64,000 bases of DNA from Oscillospiraceae bacterium (GTDB lineage Bacteria > Bacillota > Clostridia > Oscillospirales > Oscillospiraceae): NCBI GenBank assembly GCA_015068395.1, contig SVKP01000056.1, forward strand, positions 3,844 through 67,843. The letters run 5' to 3'. The notes under the pieces are model-generated. The model was not told the DNA's origin. It searched no databases and saw only the letters and a program-made list of their open reading frames with translations. Position numbers and translations under genes: made by a program. Below, piece after piece: positions 55,053 to 64,000 of the stretch; position 1 is the stretch's first letter; each line of letters begins with the position of its first letter.

Positions 55053-55252
55053 GCGCGGCAAAGCCTTTTATTTCATAGCGTTTTAGGCTCTTGACCGCGG
55101 ATTGGCAGATTCGGAAAATTGATTTCTACCCTAAAATAAAACGGGCAATTAGATTACATAAAACCTGAACGAACGGGGCAGAGGTCGTTTATGCACTTTT
55201 TCGTTTCCATAACAAGCGGATTTTGCAAGACCGCCCGTTCGTTCTTTTTTTC

Positions 55253-55280
55253 TTGACATTTGCGAGATATTTGTTATAAT
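55253..55280 (+). promoter_or_regulatory. Consensus SigA promoter
   Basis: TTGACA-N16-TATAAT with extended -10 TG. Confidence 0.75.
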
Positions 55281-55323
55281 CAATTTGATACAATTAATTT
55301 GGAGATTTGGAGAGAAAATCGGT

Positions 55324-55578
55324 ATGAAATTTACCTACAAGACCCGCGACGTCTGCTCGTCGGAGATCCACTTTGAGCTGGAGGACGGCGTGGTGAAAAA
55401 CATCGTCTTTATCGGCGGCTGCAACGGCAACCTGAAGGCAATCGCAAAGCTCTGCGAGGGTATGGAGGCGGAGAAGCTGGAACGGACGCTCGCAGGCAAC
55501 ACCTGCGGGGGCAAGGCGACCTCCTGCGCCGACCAGCTGGCGCGCGCTGTGCGCGCGGCGAGGGACGGCAGCCTGTGA
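55324..55578 (+). CDS. TIGR03905-family TSCPD-domain protein
   Basis: YKTRDVCS...FIGGCNGNL...CGGKATSCADQLA four-Cys pattern. Confidence 0.9.
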   Translation: MKFTYKTRDVCSSEIHFELEDGVVKNIVFIGGCNGNLKAIAKLCEGMEAEKLERTLAGNTCGGKATSCADQLARAVRAARDGSL

Positions 55579-55650
55579 GCGGACGTGCGCTATCGGTTCG
55601 TTGCCGTGCCGGATTCGGACTACGGCGATCATGAAAAGGAGAAATCAAAC

Positions 55651-56100
55651 ATGGCAGAACAGACCAACGCGAATAAATACGATATGCTCAAGCTGGAAAA
55701 CCAGATGTGCTTTCCGCTCTACGCAGCCTCCCGCGAGGTGGTGAAGCGCTACCGCCCTTATCTGGACCCGCTGGGGCTGACCTATACGCAGTACATCGCG
55801 ATGATGGTCTTTTGGGAGCAAAAGGAGTGCAGCGTTAAGGAGCTCGGCGAGAAGCTGTATCTCGATTCCGGCACGCTCACGCCCGTGCTCAAGAGCCTTG
55901 AGACTAAGGGCTATGTCCGCCGCTACCGCTGCGCCAAGGACGAGCGCGTGCTCCTCGTCGAGGTGACGGAGGAGGGCGAAAAGCTCCGCGAGCGCGCGGC
56001 GGAGGTGCCGGTCCAGGTGGGCAGCTGCGTCCGCTTCTCCCCGGAGGAGGCAAAGCAGCTGTACGAGCTTCTCTACAAGCTCCTCGGAGCGCTGCAATAA
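55651..56100 (+). CDS. MarR-family regulator (OhrR/MgrA-like)
   Basis: LKLENQMCFPLYAASR, GLTYTQY, LDSGTLTPVLK and DERVL. Confidence 0.92.
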   Translation: MAEQTNANKYDMLKLENQMCFPLYAASREVVKRYRPYLDPLGLTYTQYIAMMVFWEQKECSVKELGEKLYLDSGTLTPVLKSLETKGYVRRYRCAKDERVLLVEVTEEGEKLRERAAEVPVQVGSCVRFSPEEAKQLYELLYKLLGALQ

Positions 56101-56220
56101 TATGTCAGCAAAAATCTCAAAGGCGTGCTTTTGGGATTTTTTTGACGCTTGTGCGCGAATTTTGCCGGATATACAACATATTGTGAATCCTGAGAAGAAA
56201 AATGCGTTATGTAAATTATT

Positions 56221-56258
56221 TGTCGAAACGTGTCGAACGATTCTCAAATCATTCGACG
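56221..56258 (+). promoter_or_regulatory. Spo0A boxes upstream of spo0A (autoregulation)
   Basis: TGTCGAA at 56221 and 56231, and reverse near-match TTCGACG at 56252. Confidence 0.75.
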
Positions 56259-56380
56259 CTTTTTTGCTTGCTAACGCTGTCCGATTATGCTAGTTTATAG
56301 CCAAGCAAAACGAAGACGTCAGTTTTTTGCCGCAGGGAGCGAGCGGCCGCCGCTCCAAACTCGGAAAGGATTTTGATGAT

Positions 56381-57136
56381 ATGGAGAATAAGATCACAGT
56401 CGTTCTCGCGGATGCGAATGAGGAGTTCCGAACCATGCTGGCGGAGGCAATCGAGACGACGGGGGAATTTACCGTGGTGGAATGTGTCGGCGACGGGCTC
56501 AGCGCCCTGCGCGCCGTCGAGGCAAGGAAGCCGCAGCTGCTGCTCACCGACGTGCTGCTCCCGGAGCTGGACGGCTTCGGCCTGCTCGACCGCATGGCGG
56601 CGCTGCCGCAGAAGCCGAAAACGATCCTGCTCACCGCGCTTTACCGCAGCGAGATCGTCGCGCAGGCGATGGAAAAGGACGTGTCCTTCTTCATGCCCAA
56701 ACCCTGCGAGACCGGCTCCCTGCTTGAGCGGATGCGTCAGGCGGTCGCCGCGGAGGACTCCGGGAAGGAGGACGAGTTTCACGCGCTGCAACGGCAGGTG
56801 ACGAGCGTGATCCACGAGGTCGGCGTCCCCGCGCACATCAAGGGCTATCAGTATGTCCGCGAGGCGATCATCATTGCCGTGCAGGACATGGAGGTCATCA
56901 ACGCCGTGACCAAGGTGCTCTACCCCGAGGTCGCGCGCCGCTTCTCCACCACGCCCAGCCGCGTCGAGCGCGCCGTGCGCCACGCAATAGAGGTCGCGTG
57001 GGACCGCGGCGACCTCGAAACGCTCCAGCGCTACTTCGGCTACACCGTGTCGAACACCAAGGGAAAGCCCACAAATTCGGAGTTTATCGCAATGATCGCG
57101 GATAAAATTCGATTAGAGGGGAAGAGACGGGCGTAA
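56381..57136 (+). CDS. spo0A: Sporulation master regulator
   Basis: Receiver domain plus [29 protein letters not shown] and KPTNSEFIA. Confidence 0.97.
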   Translation: MENKITVVLADANEEFRTMLAEAIETTGEFTVVECVGDGLSALRAVEARKPQLLLTDVLLPELDGFGLLDRMAALPQKPKTILLTALYRSEIVAQAMEKDVSFFMPKPCETGSLLERMRQAVAAEDSGKEDEFHALQRQVTSVIHEVGVPAHIKGYQYVREAIIIAVQDMEVINAVTKVLYPEVARRFSTTPSRVERAVRHAIEVAWDRGDLETLQRYFGYTVSNTKGKPTNSEFIAMIADKIRLEGKRRA

Positions 57137-57146
57137 AAATAATAGC

Positions 57147-57186
57147 AAAAAGAGACGCGAGGAAACGAAGACCTCGCGTCTCTTTT
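57147..57186. terminator. Bidirectional terminator
   Basis: AAAAAGAGACGCGAGG...CCTCGCGTCTCTTTT. Confidence 0.8.
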
Positions 57187-57216
57187 GTTGAATAGCTTGT
57201 TGTACGGGAGCGGCGG

Positions 57217-58011
57217 TCATGCCGTTCCTTTGGCGATGAACATTCCGTATGACTTGGGGAGGCAGATCACGCCGTTTTCCGTGTGGCTGTTGAGGATATC
57301 CAATATTTTTTCACGCGGCAGGGAATTGACCGCGCGGAGCGGCGCGAGGCTTTGCAGGTAGAGCAGCAGATCCTCCGCGTCCGTGATGCGGAGGGAATCC
57401 TCATACCGCAGCAGCTCAATGTCACGGAACGACCGCGAGAGCGCTTGCACGCCGTTTTCCAGCGTGAAGTTGTGGTTTGGGCGGAACGCCTCGCCGCCGA
57501 GGCGGAACCACTCCGCCAGCTGCTCGGTGAAGTTGTGCTCGCCGTAGGTCGCGCAGTAGAATGTGCCGTCCGGCTTCAGGACGCGGCGCACCTCCGCGAC
57601 GCCCGCGGAGAGGTCCGGCACATGGTAGAGCATGGAGTTCGCGATCACAGCGTCAAAGGAGCCGTCCGCGAAGGGAAGCGCCTGTATGTCCGCCTGCCGA
57701 TAGGCGACGTTTGCCCGTTCCCCAATGGCTTTCCGCGCGGTTTCCAGCATGCCCTCGGACAGATCGGTCAGCACCAGCTCGCCGCAGCGGGAGATCAGCT
57801 CGTCCCGCCCCGCCCACATGCCGCCGGAGCCGCAGCCGAGCTCCAGCACGCGCATGCCGTCGCGGACGTCGTAGTGGGAGACGACCCAATTGCCGAAGCC
57901 CTGCAGGTTTGTGGAGTATTTCCCGTGAAAGGAAATGCGGGTGTTCAGCCCGTCCGCGGTCGCATACTGCTCCCGGACGGCGCTCGGTTCGTTTAAGCTT
58001 CCGATTTGCAT
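57217..58011 (-). CDS. Class I SAM-dependent methyltransferase
   Basis: VLELGCGSG, DLSEGML and ADIQALPFADGSFDAVIANSMLYH. Confidence 0.9.
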   Translation of the reverse strand: MQIGSLNEPSAVREQYATADGLNTRISFHGKYSTNLQGFGNWVVSHYDVRDGMRVLELGCGSGGMWAGRDELISRCGELVLTDLSEGMLETARKAIGERANVAYRQADIQALPFADGSFDAVIANSMLYHVPDLSAGVAEVRRVLKPDGTFYCATYGEHNFTEQLAEWFRLGGEAFRPNHNFTLENGVQALSRSFRDIELLRYEDSLRITDAEDLLLYLQSLAPLRAVNSLPREKILDILNSHTENGVICLPKSYGMFIAKGTA

Positions 58012-58047
58012 GGATAGGTCTTTTCCTTTGGTACTGCGCCCCGCGGA

Positions 58048-58596
58048 TCAGTCGACGCGGGGAAGGCGCTGCATCGGCTGAATGAGAAGGACGGCGATGA
58101 TTGTCGTCAGGACGCCGGAGACCAGCACGGGCAGGTTGTAGAGCGCGGAATAGACCCACTCGTTGTTCATCGGCAGGCCGTAGATGTCATACATGTACTC
58201 GCCCCAGAGCGTTGCGCCCGTGACCCAGACCGCGAGATAGCGCCCGAGGCAGCCGACGGCGGAGCCCAGGATCACGCCGCCCTTGTCGGTCCTTCCGTGC
58301 GCGACGCCCGCGAGTCCGATCAGTGTGCAGGCGATGACGTAGTCGCCGAGAATGGACTGCCAGCCGATCGCGATGCCGCCGCCGAGCATGAAGTCGAGGA
58401 TACCGAGCGCGCATCCCGCGAGCAGCCCGTGCCCGGCGCCCCAGCGCAGCGCAAAGAGCACAATGGGGAGCATCATCAGCGAGACGGAGCCGCCCTCCGG
58501 CATGTGCCAGAGCTTGATGAAGCCAAGCGCCTCGGCGGCGGCGACCATCAACGCGCCCTCGACGATGGCGCGCGTCGTTTTGGAAATGTTGTTCAT
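58048..58596 (-). CDS. thiT: ECF thiamine S-component
   Basis: MPEGGSVSL...ALRWG, DYV and YSALYN. Preceded by a TPP riboswitch. Confidence 0.9.
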   Translation of the reverse strand: MNNISKTTRAIVEGALMVAAAEALGFIKLWHMPEGGSVSLMMLPIVLFALRWGAGHGLLAGCALGILDFMLGGGIAIGWQSILGDYVIACTLIGLAGVAHGRTDKGGVILGSAVGCLGRYLAVWVTGATLWGEYMYDIYGLPMNNEWVYSALYNLPVLVSGVLTTIIAVLLIQPMQRLPRVD

Positions 58597-58664
58597 AACA
58601 GGTACCTCCAAAAAAGAATTCACCCCAACGCAGACGCATTGAGGTGCATGGAAAGACGCTGTTA

Positions 58665-58760
58665 CACCATCCCTACGCCGGCATTGTCCGGATCAGGTCT
58701 GAGGGATCGGAGCGGCAATACGCTCCGTCTCAGCCGACTTGCGTCGGCGCCCCTTGGATC
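58665..58760 (-). ncRNA. TPP riboswitch
   Basis: Minus strand AGGGGCGCC...GGCTGAGA...ATCCCT..GACCTGATCCGGACAATGCCGGCGTAGGGA. Confidence 0.92.
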
Positions 58761-58916
58761 ACATAGCGCATGATAACGCGGTAAAGAGAAAAAGTCAAGG
58801 CAAAATTTTTTTGCCTCAGTGCGTCGGCGGGCGCTTATGACTTGACAGCAGGCAAATCCTTCCTTATAATCTAACCAAAGGGATCAGTCCGAACAATTTG
58901 AAAGGAGGTCATTGTC

Positions 58917-59213
58917 ATGGTTATCAGCAAGTCTCTGAAGGGAAGCAAGCTGACTGTCGCGCTGGAGGGGCGTCTGGACACCACCACCGCGCCGGAGCTG
59001 GAGCAGGCGTTGAGCGCATCCTATGGCGGCGTCACGGAGCTTGTCTTTGATCTTCAACGGCTGGACTACATTTCCTCTGCCGGGCTTCGCGTGCTGCTTT
59101 CAGCGCAGAAGGTGATGAACAGGCAGGGAAGCATGACGGTCCGCAACGCCGGCAGCGCCATCCGGGATATCTTTGACGTGACAGGGTTCAGCGATATACT
59201 GACCATTGAGTGA
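58917..59213 (+). CDS. STAS-domain anti-sigma factor antagonist
   Basis: GRLDTTTAP, LDYISSAGLRVLL and IFDVTGF. GAAAGGAGG RBS. Confidence 0.93.
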   Translation: MVISKSLKGSKLTVALEGRLDTTTAPELEQALSASYGGVTELVFDLQRLDYISSAGLRVLLSAQKVMNRQGSMTVRNAGSAIRDIFDVTGFSDILTIE

Positions 59214-59280
59214 CAACGGCGGCATAGGAAAAGCACGAGGCTTCGATGTAAGCCCCGTGCTTTTTTGCGGTTTGCTGAGT

Positions 59281-59955
59281 TTACTGCTTGCTCGGAAGCA
59301 TCCGGGCGATCGCGGCGGCAAAGTTGTTCAGCGGCATGGTCTGGAGCACGACGTGTCCCGGACCGGTAATCACGGTGTTGAACAGCCCCTCGCCGCCGAA
59401 GAGAACGTTCTTCACGCCCTTGACTGACTGAATGTCCATCGTGCAGGTCGCGTCCATCATGGCAACGTAGCCGGTGTCCGCCACGATCTGCTGGCCGGCG
59501 CCGAGCTCATACTCCATGGCGCTGCCGTCGATCTCAATGAACGCCGTGCCGTGTCCGCTCAGGCGCTGCATGATGAAGCCCTCGCCGCCGAAGAAGCCCG
59601 CCATGGCCTTTTTCTGGAAGAAGACCGAAAGCTCCACGCCCGCCTCGGACGCAAGAAAGCCGCTCTTCTGCACGATGACCTCGCGCCCCGCGCCGCTCTC
59701 GACGGCGCGGATCGAGCCGGGAAAGCTGGACGCGAATGCGATCATGCCGTCTCCCTGCGCCGTGTAGCGGTTCTGGAACAGCGCCTCGCCGGAGAACATG
59801 CGTCCGAGCACCTTGCCCGCGCCGCCGCCGACGGTCTCCATTTGCATGTTGGGGCTCATCCAGCTCATCGCGCCGGATTCCGTAATCATGCTCTCGCCGC
59901 TTCCCAGCTCGCAGACCACTACGGGCATGGGCTCGCCTTTGATTTCGTACTTCAT
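59281..59955 (-). CDS. TIGR00266/AIM24 family protein
   Basis: ESGAMSWMS, repeated GGEG(F/L)F and GPGHVVLQT. Confidence 0.92.
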   Translation of the reverse strand: MKYEIKGEPMPVVVCELGSGESMITESGAMSWMSPNMQMETVGGGAGKVLGRMFSGEALFQNRYTAQGDGMIAFASSFPGSIRAVESGAGREVIVQKSGFLASEAGVELSVFFQKKAMAGFFGGEGFIMQRLSGHGTAFIEIDGSAMEYELGAGQQIVADTGYVAMMDATCTMDIQSVKGVKNVLFGGEGLFNTVITGPGHVVLQTMPLNNFAAAIARMLPSKQ

Positions 59956-60272
59956 GTGTCGATCCTCCTTTTTTTTCGTTGGGGGAGGCGTACTGCCGTC
60001 GGGTATCCGCCCGACTGTCCGAAGCCGGACGCGGGGACGGGAGAGACCCGAAGAAGGCGCCTGCCGTCAAGCTGGTTTCTATTTTAACGCATTTCCCGCC
60101 CGTTTGTAAAGCACCTGTTGAGAAAACTATCCGCGCGCCTATCTTAAAATCGCAAAATTTTGATTTGCAACGCTGTAAGCCCGTGCTATAATGTCAGTTG
60201 GTGCAATGCCGCGCGCGGTGCGGCGAAAAGCTCCGGGGGAGCATAGATATAGGGAAAGGAAGGATGGAGATC

Positions 60273-63200
60273 ATGAGGAAAAGAGTTTTATGCGTGCTGC
60301 TCGCGATGGTAATGGCGCTGGCGCTCCTGCCGGGCGCGGCGCTGGATACCGTGAAGGCGGCGGACGAGAGCAGCGACTGGATCGTGATCGGCGAGAGCTA
60401 CAACGACAAGCAAGCCGCCATGAAGCTGCATGATTTGCTGGAGTATCCCGGCAGCGATTACAAGATCCGATTGGATCGGGATATCGACTTTACGATTGGT
60501 ATCAGTTATAAAAGCGACGTCAAGAATGACGATAATTGCGCGGAATGGGCGGGTATTCCGACACGCGACCTCTACTGGTGCCACCCTCAGGGAACGAAGG
60601 TGCTGGATCTCCATGGCCACAGCGTCAAGATCCACTATGGCGACGATGGCAGAAACGGCCAGGGATACCAGTGCTACCTCTTCAAGCTTATCAAGGAGAG
60701 CGGCGATACGTACCCGGATATGACCGTGACCGACTCGACGGCCAGCCCCGGCACGATCACCTTTGACGGGTATGTGTATTCGCCGGACTCGCTGCTGCCG
60801 TGCTATCACAACTACCGCAACCTGTTCTATGTCAGCCCGGGTAGCTCTCTGACCGTCAACGGCGGCCGCCTGATCTGCGGCAGGTCGAAGGAGCAGTGGC
60901 TCTCGCGCAGCATCAGGATCGACGATCTCATGGACGCCGTCGGCGAGGGGAACACGTTCCTCGACTCCTGCAACGTGTTTTACAGCAAGCGTTATGACGG
61001 CTATGCCCGTCAGAACGTCAACGGCCACGCCATTTACAACGCCGGCGGTACCGTCACGGTCAACGGCGGCGAGCTGGAGGGCCGCGGCTACAAGCAGCTG
61101 AAATTTGAGATAGCAGTGAGCAATTACCCACGCTATCGCATCAATTCCACCCAGGAGCGCAACGCCGCCATCATCAACAGCACGGGCACGCTGACCATCG
61201 TGGACGGCGTCTTCCGCGGCACGGGCTGCGCCGACGCGATCCAGGTGCTCGACAGGGACAATTCGACGGTCTCCATCATCGGCGGCGAGTTCTCGGTCAA
61301 GGACATCGACAAGGTCATCGCGCCGCTCAACGACGACCCTCTGGAATTCGAGTGGCGTCTGGACGGCTATTATATCGACGGCAGCAAGGGCAGGCTCGGG
61401 CAGGTCTCCGGGCTAGACGCCGAAGGTCTCGCGCTGCTTGTTGACACCAACAGATCCAAGCTGACGGCGAAAGGTGACACGGTGACGGTCCTGCCCATGG
61501 TGCAGGGCATCCCGCGCGAGGAGTTCAGCTCCCCTTACGGCGTCATCCCGGAGGACGGCGTGACCAATCACGTCTATGATCCCGGCTATCCGTACCAGCT
61601 CCGGTACACTGGGGCGGTCTCGTACGACGCCTTCGGCTTCCCGAACCCCTTGCCCGCTTACAGCCGTATCGAGGTGTCCCAGATCGGGGGCATCTGGCAG
61701 GTGCAGCGCTATCCGTACGGCGGAGGAGACCCGGTAGTTCTGGGTGCCTATCCTCTGAGCGAGACCGGCTATACGCTTGAGCTGGACAAGGTGCTGACCG
61801 ATACACAAAAGGCAAGTCTGACGACCTACGACACTCTTTCGGTCTCGTTTACACAGTGGGTCACCTGGCACGGCACGCACACGATGGACGCGATGCGCCA
61901 GGGCAGCTTCAACATTGTTATCCAGAAGCTCGGTGCCCCGACGGTCACGCAGCAGCCTCTCGGAACCACGGTGAAGTCCGACCTTGACGATGAATTCAAC
62001 CCCCGCATCATCGAAAACAACCAAGTCCTGACAAATGGGAAGGATATCACGCTGACTGCCAGGGCAAAATACGGCACGTCTGCCCAATGGTTCAGGTACG
62101 AGTCGTCCGAAGGCCTTGCCTATCCCGTAATCGTCGGCGAGAACAGCGGAAATACGGTCAGAAACACGGCTTCGGGTTCCGTCCTCACCTCGACGCTGAC
62201 GGTCCATGTCGATGCGAATTTCCATACAACATATTACTTCTGCACGTTCAGCAACCCCGCGGGCAGTGTCAGAACGACAAATGCCGCGGTCGGTCTCAGC
62301 TCTTACCTGAAGCCTCTTCACAGCTCCCTCACCGGCTACACGGGAGGAAGCGTCGCCTTGCAGTGCGTCTCCTCCTGCCGTCCCTCGTGCGAGGCGGAGT
62401 GGAAAAAGAATGTCAACGGCACTTGGACAGCCCTGAATCAGCTGACAGGCTACAGCAGCTCGAAATACTGGGCAAATGGTCTCACACTTGCAATCAATAC
62501 CCTGAAGGAGGCTGACGCGGGCACTTACAGGTGCTATTCCAAAGAGGGCGGGTACTATGCCGACGTGACCCTCGACGTACAGAGCGGAACGGACAAATAC
62601 ATAGAGAGCGTGGAGCTCATCGGTCTTGGCGACCTGTTTGAAGGCCGTCGGGTTCCGAAGTCAAGCAATCTGTCAGTATCCGATCCACGCGTCACCATTC
62701 AGGAAGTCGTCTGGAGCTATAAGGATGATGAAGGCGAGACCGTTACCCTCGCCGAGAACGACCCGCTGCCGGAGAATCCGACATGCGTCATTCGTCTGAG
62801 ACTTGACGATTATCCCAATTATAAATTTAAATATGACAGCGAGGCAAAATTCAACTTTACGATCGACGGCGTTCCGCGCTATATGTACAGCAAAGGCAGC
62901 GAGAACACGCCAATTAATATGCGGGTGTTTAGTCTGTCGATTCCTTTCACCGGAAAATATGCGCTGGAGGAGCCGCAGGACACGGTTTCCTTTGACGAGA
63001 CCGAGTTTACCGTCGCGCAGAACGAAAACACGAAGATTTCGATTCCCGTCACCGTGACGACGCCCGACGTCCTCGGCGATGTGACGCCTCATACCGTCAA
63101 GTTTTTCTACGTCAATTCGGAGAAGAACAATATGCCGAAGGGACTAACGCTGAATCAAAGCACCGGTGTCATCACCGGAAAAACGAGCGCTGAACCCGGC

Positions 63201-63800
63201 GTTTACCGCGCAAACATCGGCGTGTACACCTGGAACGGAGAGCATGAGACCGGATGGGCGGAAGAACAGCTCACCTTTGTCGTCTACGACCCGGACAGCC
63301 CCGACAGCCACATCCACAGTTTTTCCGACTGGACCGCGGACAATGACAGCACGCACTCGCGGACCTGCACCTCCTGCGCCGTTAAGGAAACACAGTTGCA
63401 CAGCTGGGACGACGGCGTGATCGTGAAGGAGCCAACCGAAGGCGCGGACGGCCAAATCAAATATACCTGCTCTGTCTGCGGACGTCAGATTACGGTGCCG
63501 CTGGCTTATGAGCCTGCCGCCCTGGCCGCCGCCGCGGACGCGAAGTTGTCGAAGGACGGCAAGACGCTGACCTGCCGCGCGGTCGCCTCCCGCGCCGTCA
63601 GCGCGGTGATGGTCGCCGCGACCTATGACCAGTCCGGCAGGATGCTCGAGAGCCGCACCGAAAAGTTGTCGCTCATTCAGGGCGTTCCCGCCACGTTTGA
63701 CATGACGCTCACAAAGGCGGCGTACCGCTGCTGCGTCTATCTGGTCGACGCGCAGACCTACGTGCCGCTGTGCAAGTGCTGGGATTACCACGAGAGCTGA
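60273..63800 (+). CDS. Large secreted protein with beta-helix-like N-terminal region, Ig-like domains and His/Cys repeats
   Basis: Signal peptide, APTVTQQP...YYFC and ADAGTYRC Ig motifs, MPKGLTLNQSTGVITG (He_PIG-like) and HSWDDG...YTCSVCG. Confidence 0.85.
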   Translation: MRKRVLCVLLAMVMALALLPGAALDTVKAADESSDWIVIGESYNDKQAAMKLHDLLEYPGSDYKIRLDRDIDFTIGISYKSDVKNDDNCAEWAGIPTRDLYWCHPQGTKVLDLHGHSVKIHYGDDGRNGQGYQCYLFKLIKESGDTYPDMTVTDSTASPGTITFDGYVYSPDSLLPCYHNYRNLFYVSPGSSLTVNGGRLICGRSKEQWLSRSIRIDDLMDAVGEGNTFLDSCNVFYSKRYDGYARQNVNGHAIYNAGGTVTVNGGELEGRGYKQLKFEIAVSNYPRYRINSTQERNAAIINSTGTLTIVDGVFRGTGCADAIQVLDRDNSTVSIIGGEFSVKDIDKVIAPLNDDPLEFEWRLDGYYIDGSKGRLGQVSGLDAEGLALLVDTNRSKLTAKGDTVTVLPMVQGIPREEFSSPYGVIPEDGVTNHVYDPGYPYQLRYTGAVSYDAFGFPNPLPAYSRIEVSQIGGIWQVQRYPYGGGDPVVLGAYPLSETGYTLELDKVLTDTQKASLTTYDTLSVSFTQWVTWHGTHTMDAMRQGSFNIVIQKLGAPTVTQQPLGTTVKSDLDDEFNPRIIENNQVLTNGKDITLTARAKYGTSAQWFRYESSEGLAYPVIVGENSGNTVRNTASGSVLTSTLTVHVDANFHTTYYFCTFSNPAGSVRTTNAAVGLSSYLKPLHSSLTGYTGGSVALQCVSSCRPSCEAEWKKNVNGTWTALNQLTGYSSSKYWANGLTLAINTLKEADAGTYRCYSKEGGYYADVTLDVQSGTDKYIESVELIGLGDLFEGRRVPKSSNLSVSDPRVTIQEVVWSYKDDEGETVTLAENDPLPENPTCVIRLRLDDYPNYKFKYDSEAKFNFTIDGVPRYMYSKGSENTPINMRVFSLSIPFTGKYALEEPQDTVSFDETEFTVAQNENTKISIPVTVTTPDVLGDVTPHTVKFFYVNSEKNNMPKGLTLNQSTGVITGKTSAEPGVYRANIGVYTWNGEHETGWAEEQLTFVVYDPDSPDSHIHSFSDWTADNDSTHSRTCTSCAVKETQLHSWDDGVIVKEPTEGADGQIKYTCSVCGRQITVPLAYEPAALAAAADAKLSKDGKTLTCRAVASRAVSAVMVAATYDQSGRMLESRTEKLSLIQGVPATFDMTLTKAAYRCCVYLVDAQTYVPLCKCWDYHES

Positions 63801-63813
63801 CGCGGCGAAGCAC

Positions 63814-64000
63814 ATGATGAAAACACGGCCATCTGACAAGTTCGGCATCAACATGAAGCGCTTTTGCAGGGAGCATGAGCGCTGGATGGAACAGGAGCTT
63901 CAACGCGGCGGCGCCACGGAGAACCTGCTTGCCATCCATCTGGAAAAGCTCCATTGGTTGCAGCATGAGCGTCTGGTCCATCTGCTTGTCCTGATGATGA
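63814..64000 (+). CDS. Conserved hypothetical membrane protein (3' truncated by window edge)
   Basis: Open frame ...IHLEKLHWLQHERLVHLLVLMM running off the window end. Start is either 63814 or 63853. Confidence 0.6.
   Translation, partial: MMKTRPSDKFGINMKRFCREHERWMEQELQRGGATENLLAIHLEKLHWLQHERLVHLLVLMM

Noticed and set aside
54800-55320. Possible oriC
   Set aside because: Only three DnaA boxes and no dnaA/dnaN/rpmH/gidA context. Kept only as a regulatory cluster.

Overview
High-GC chromosomal window from a spore-forming clostridial Firmicute, most like Oscillospiraceae (inferred from gene content: spo0A, spoIVB, dpaAB, a Firmicute-type dcw cluster and ThiT). The core backbone is rimI-GNAT-tsaD, dpaAB, hup, fakA/yloU, rsmD-coaD, the dcw cluster (mraZ-rsmH-ftsL-pbp-murE-mraY-ftsW-murG-murA-ftsQ-ftsZ), spoIVB, spo0A, a cobalamin-riboswitch ABC importer and a TPP-riboswitch thiT. 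An accessory block at about 4.4-34 kb holds sensory fusions (cNMP-NhaC, ECF-S/HD-GYP, PAS-GGDEF-EAL), a SEL1 repeat protein, a stand-alone SIR2-like protein, BspA-type LRR surface proteins and a Lar-like zinc finger. The best candidate for an undescribed system is a two-gene operon at 19502-22085: a radical SAM enzyme with a putative RRE/PqqD-like N-terminus and SPASM/Twitch C-terminus, paired with a membrane-anchored protein whose cytoplasmic tail ends in SSCAHSSCACACACACAGGGRAGC. Also notable are two copies of a ~157-bp MITE inserted at TGA stop codons, a shared C-terminal domain on three unrelated secreted proteins, apparent non-canonical starts (ACG for murE, ATC for dpaA), a DnaA-box cluster between spoIVB and spo0A, and an 8x24-bp repeat in ftsZ. 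No rRNA, tRNA, CRISPR array, integrase or transposase was seen. All family assignments come from motif recognition by eye, not database searches.
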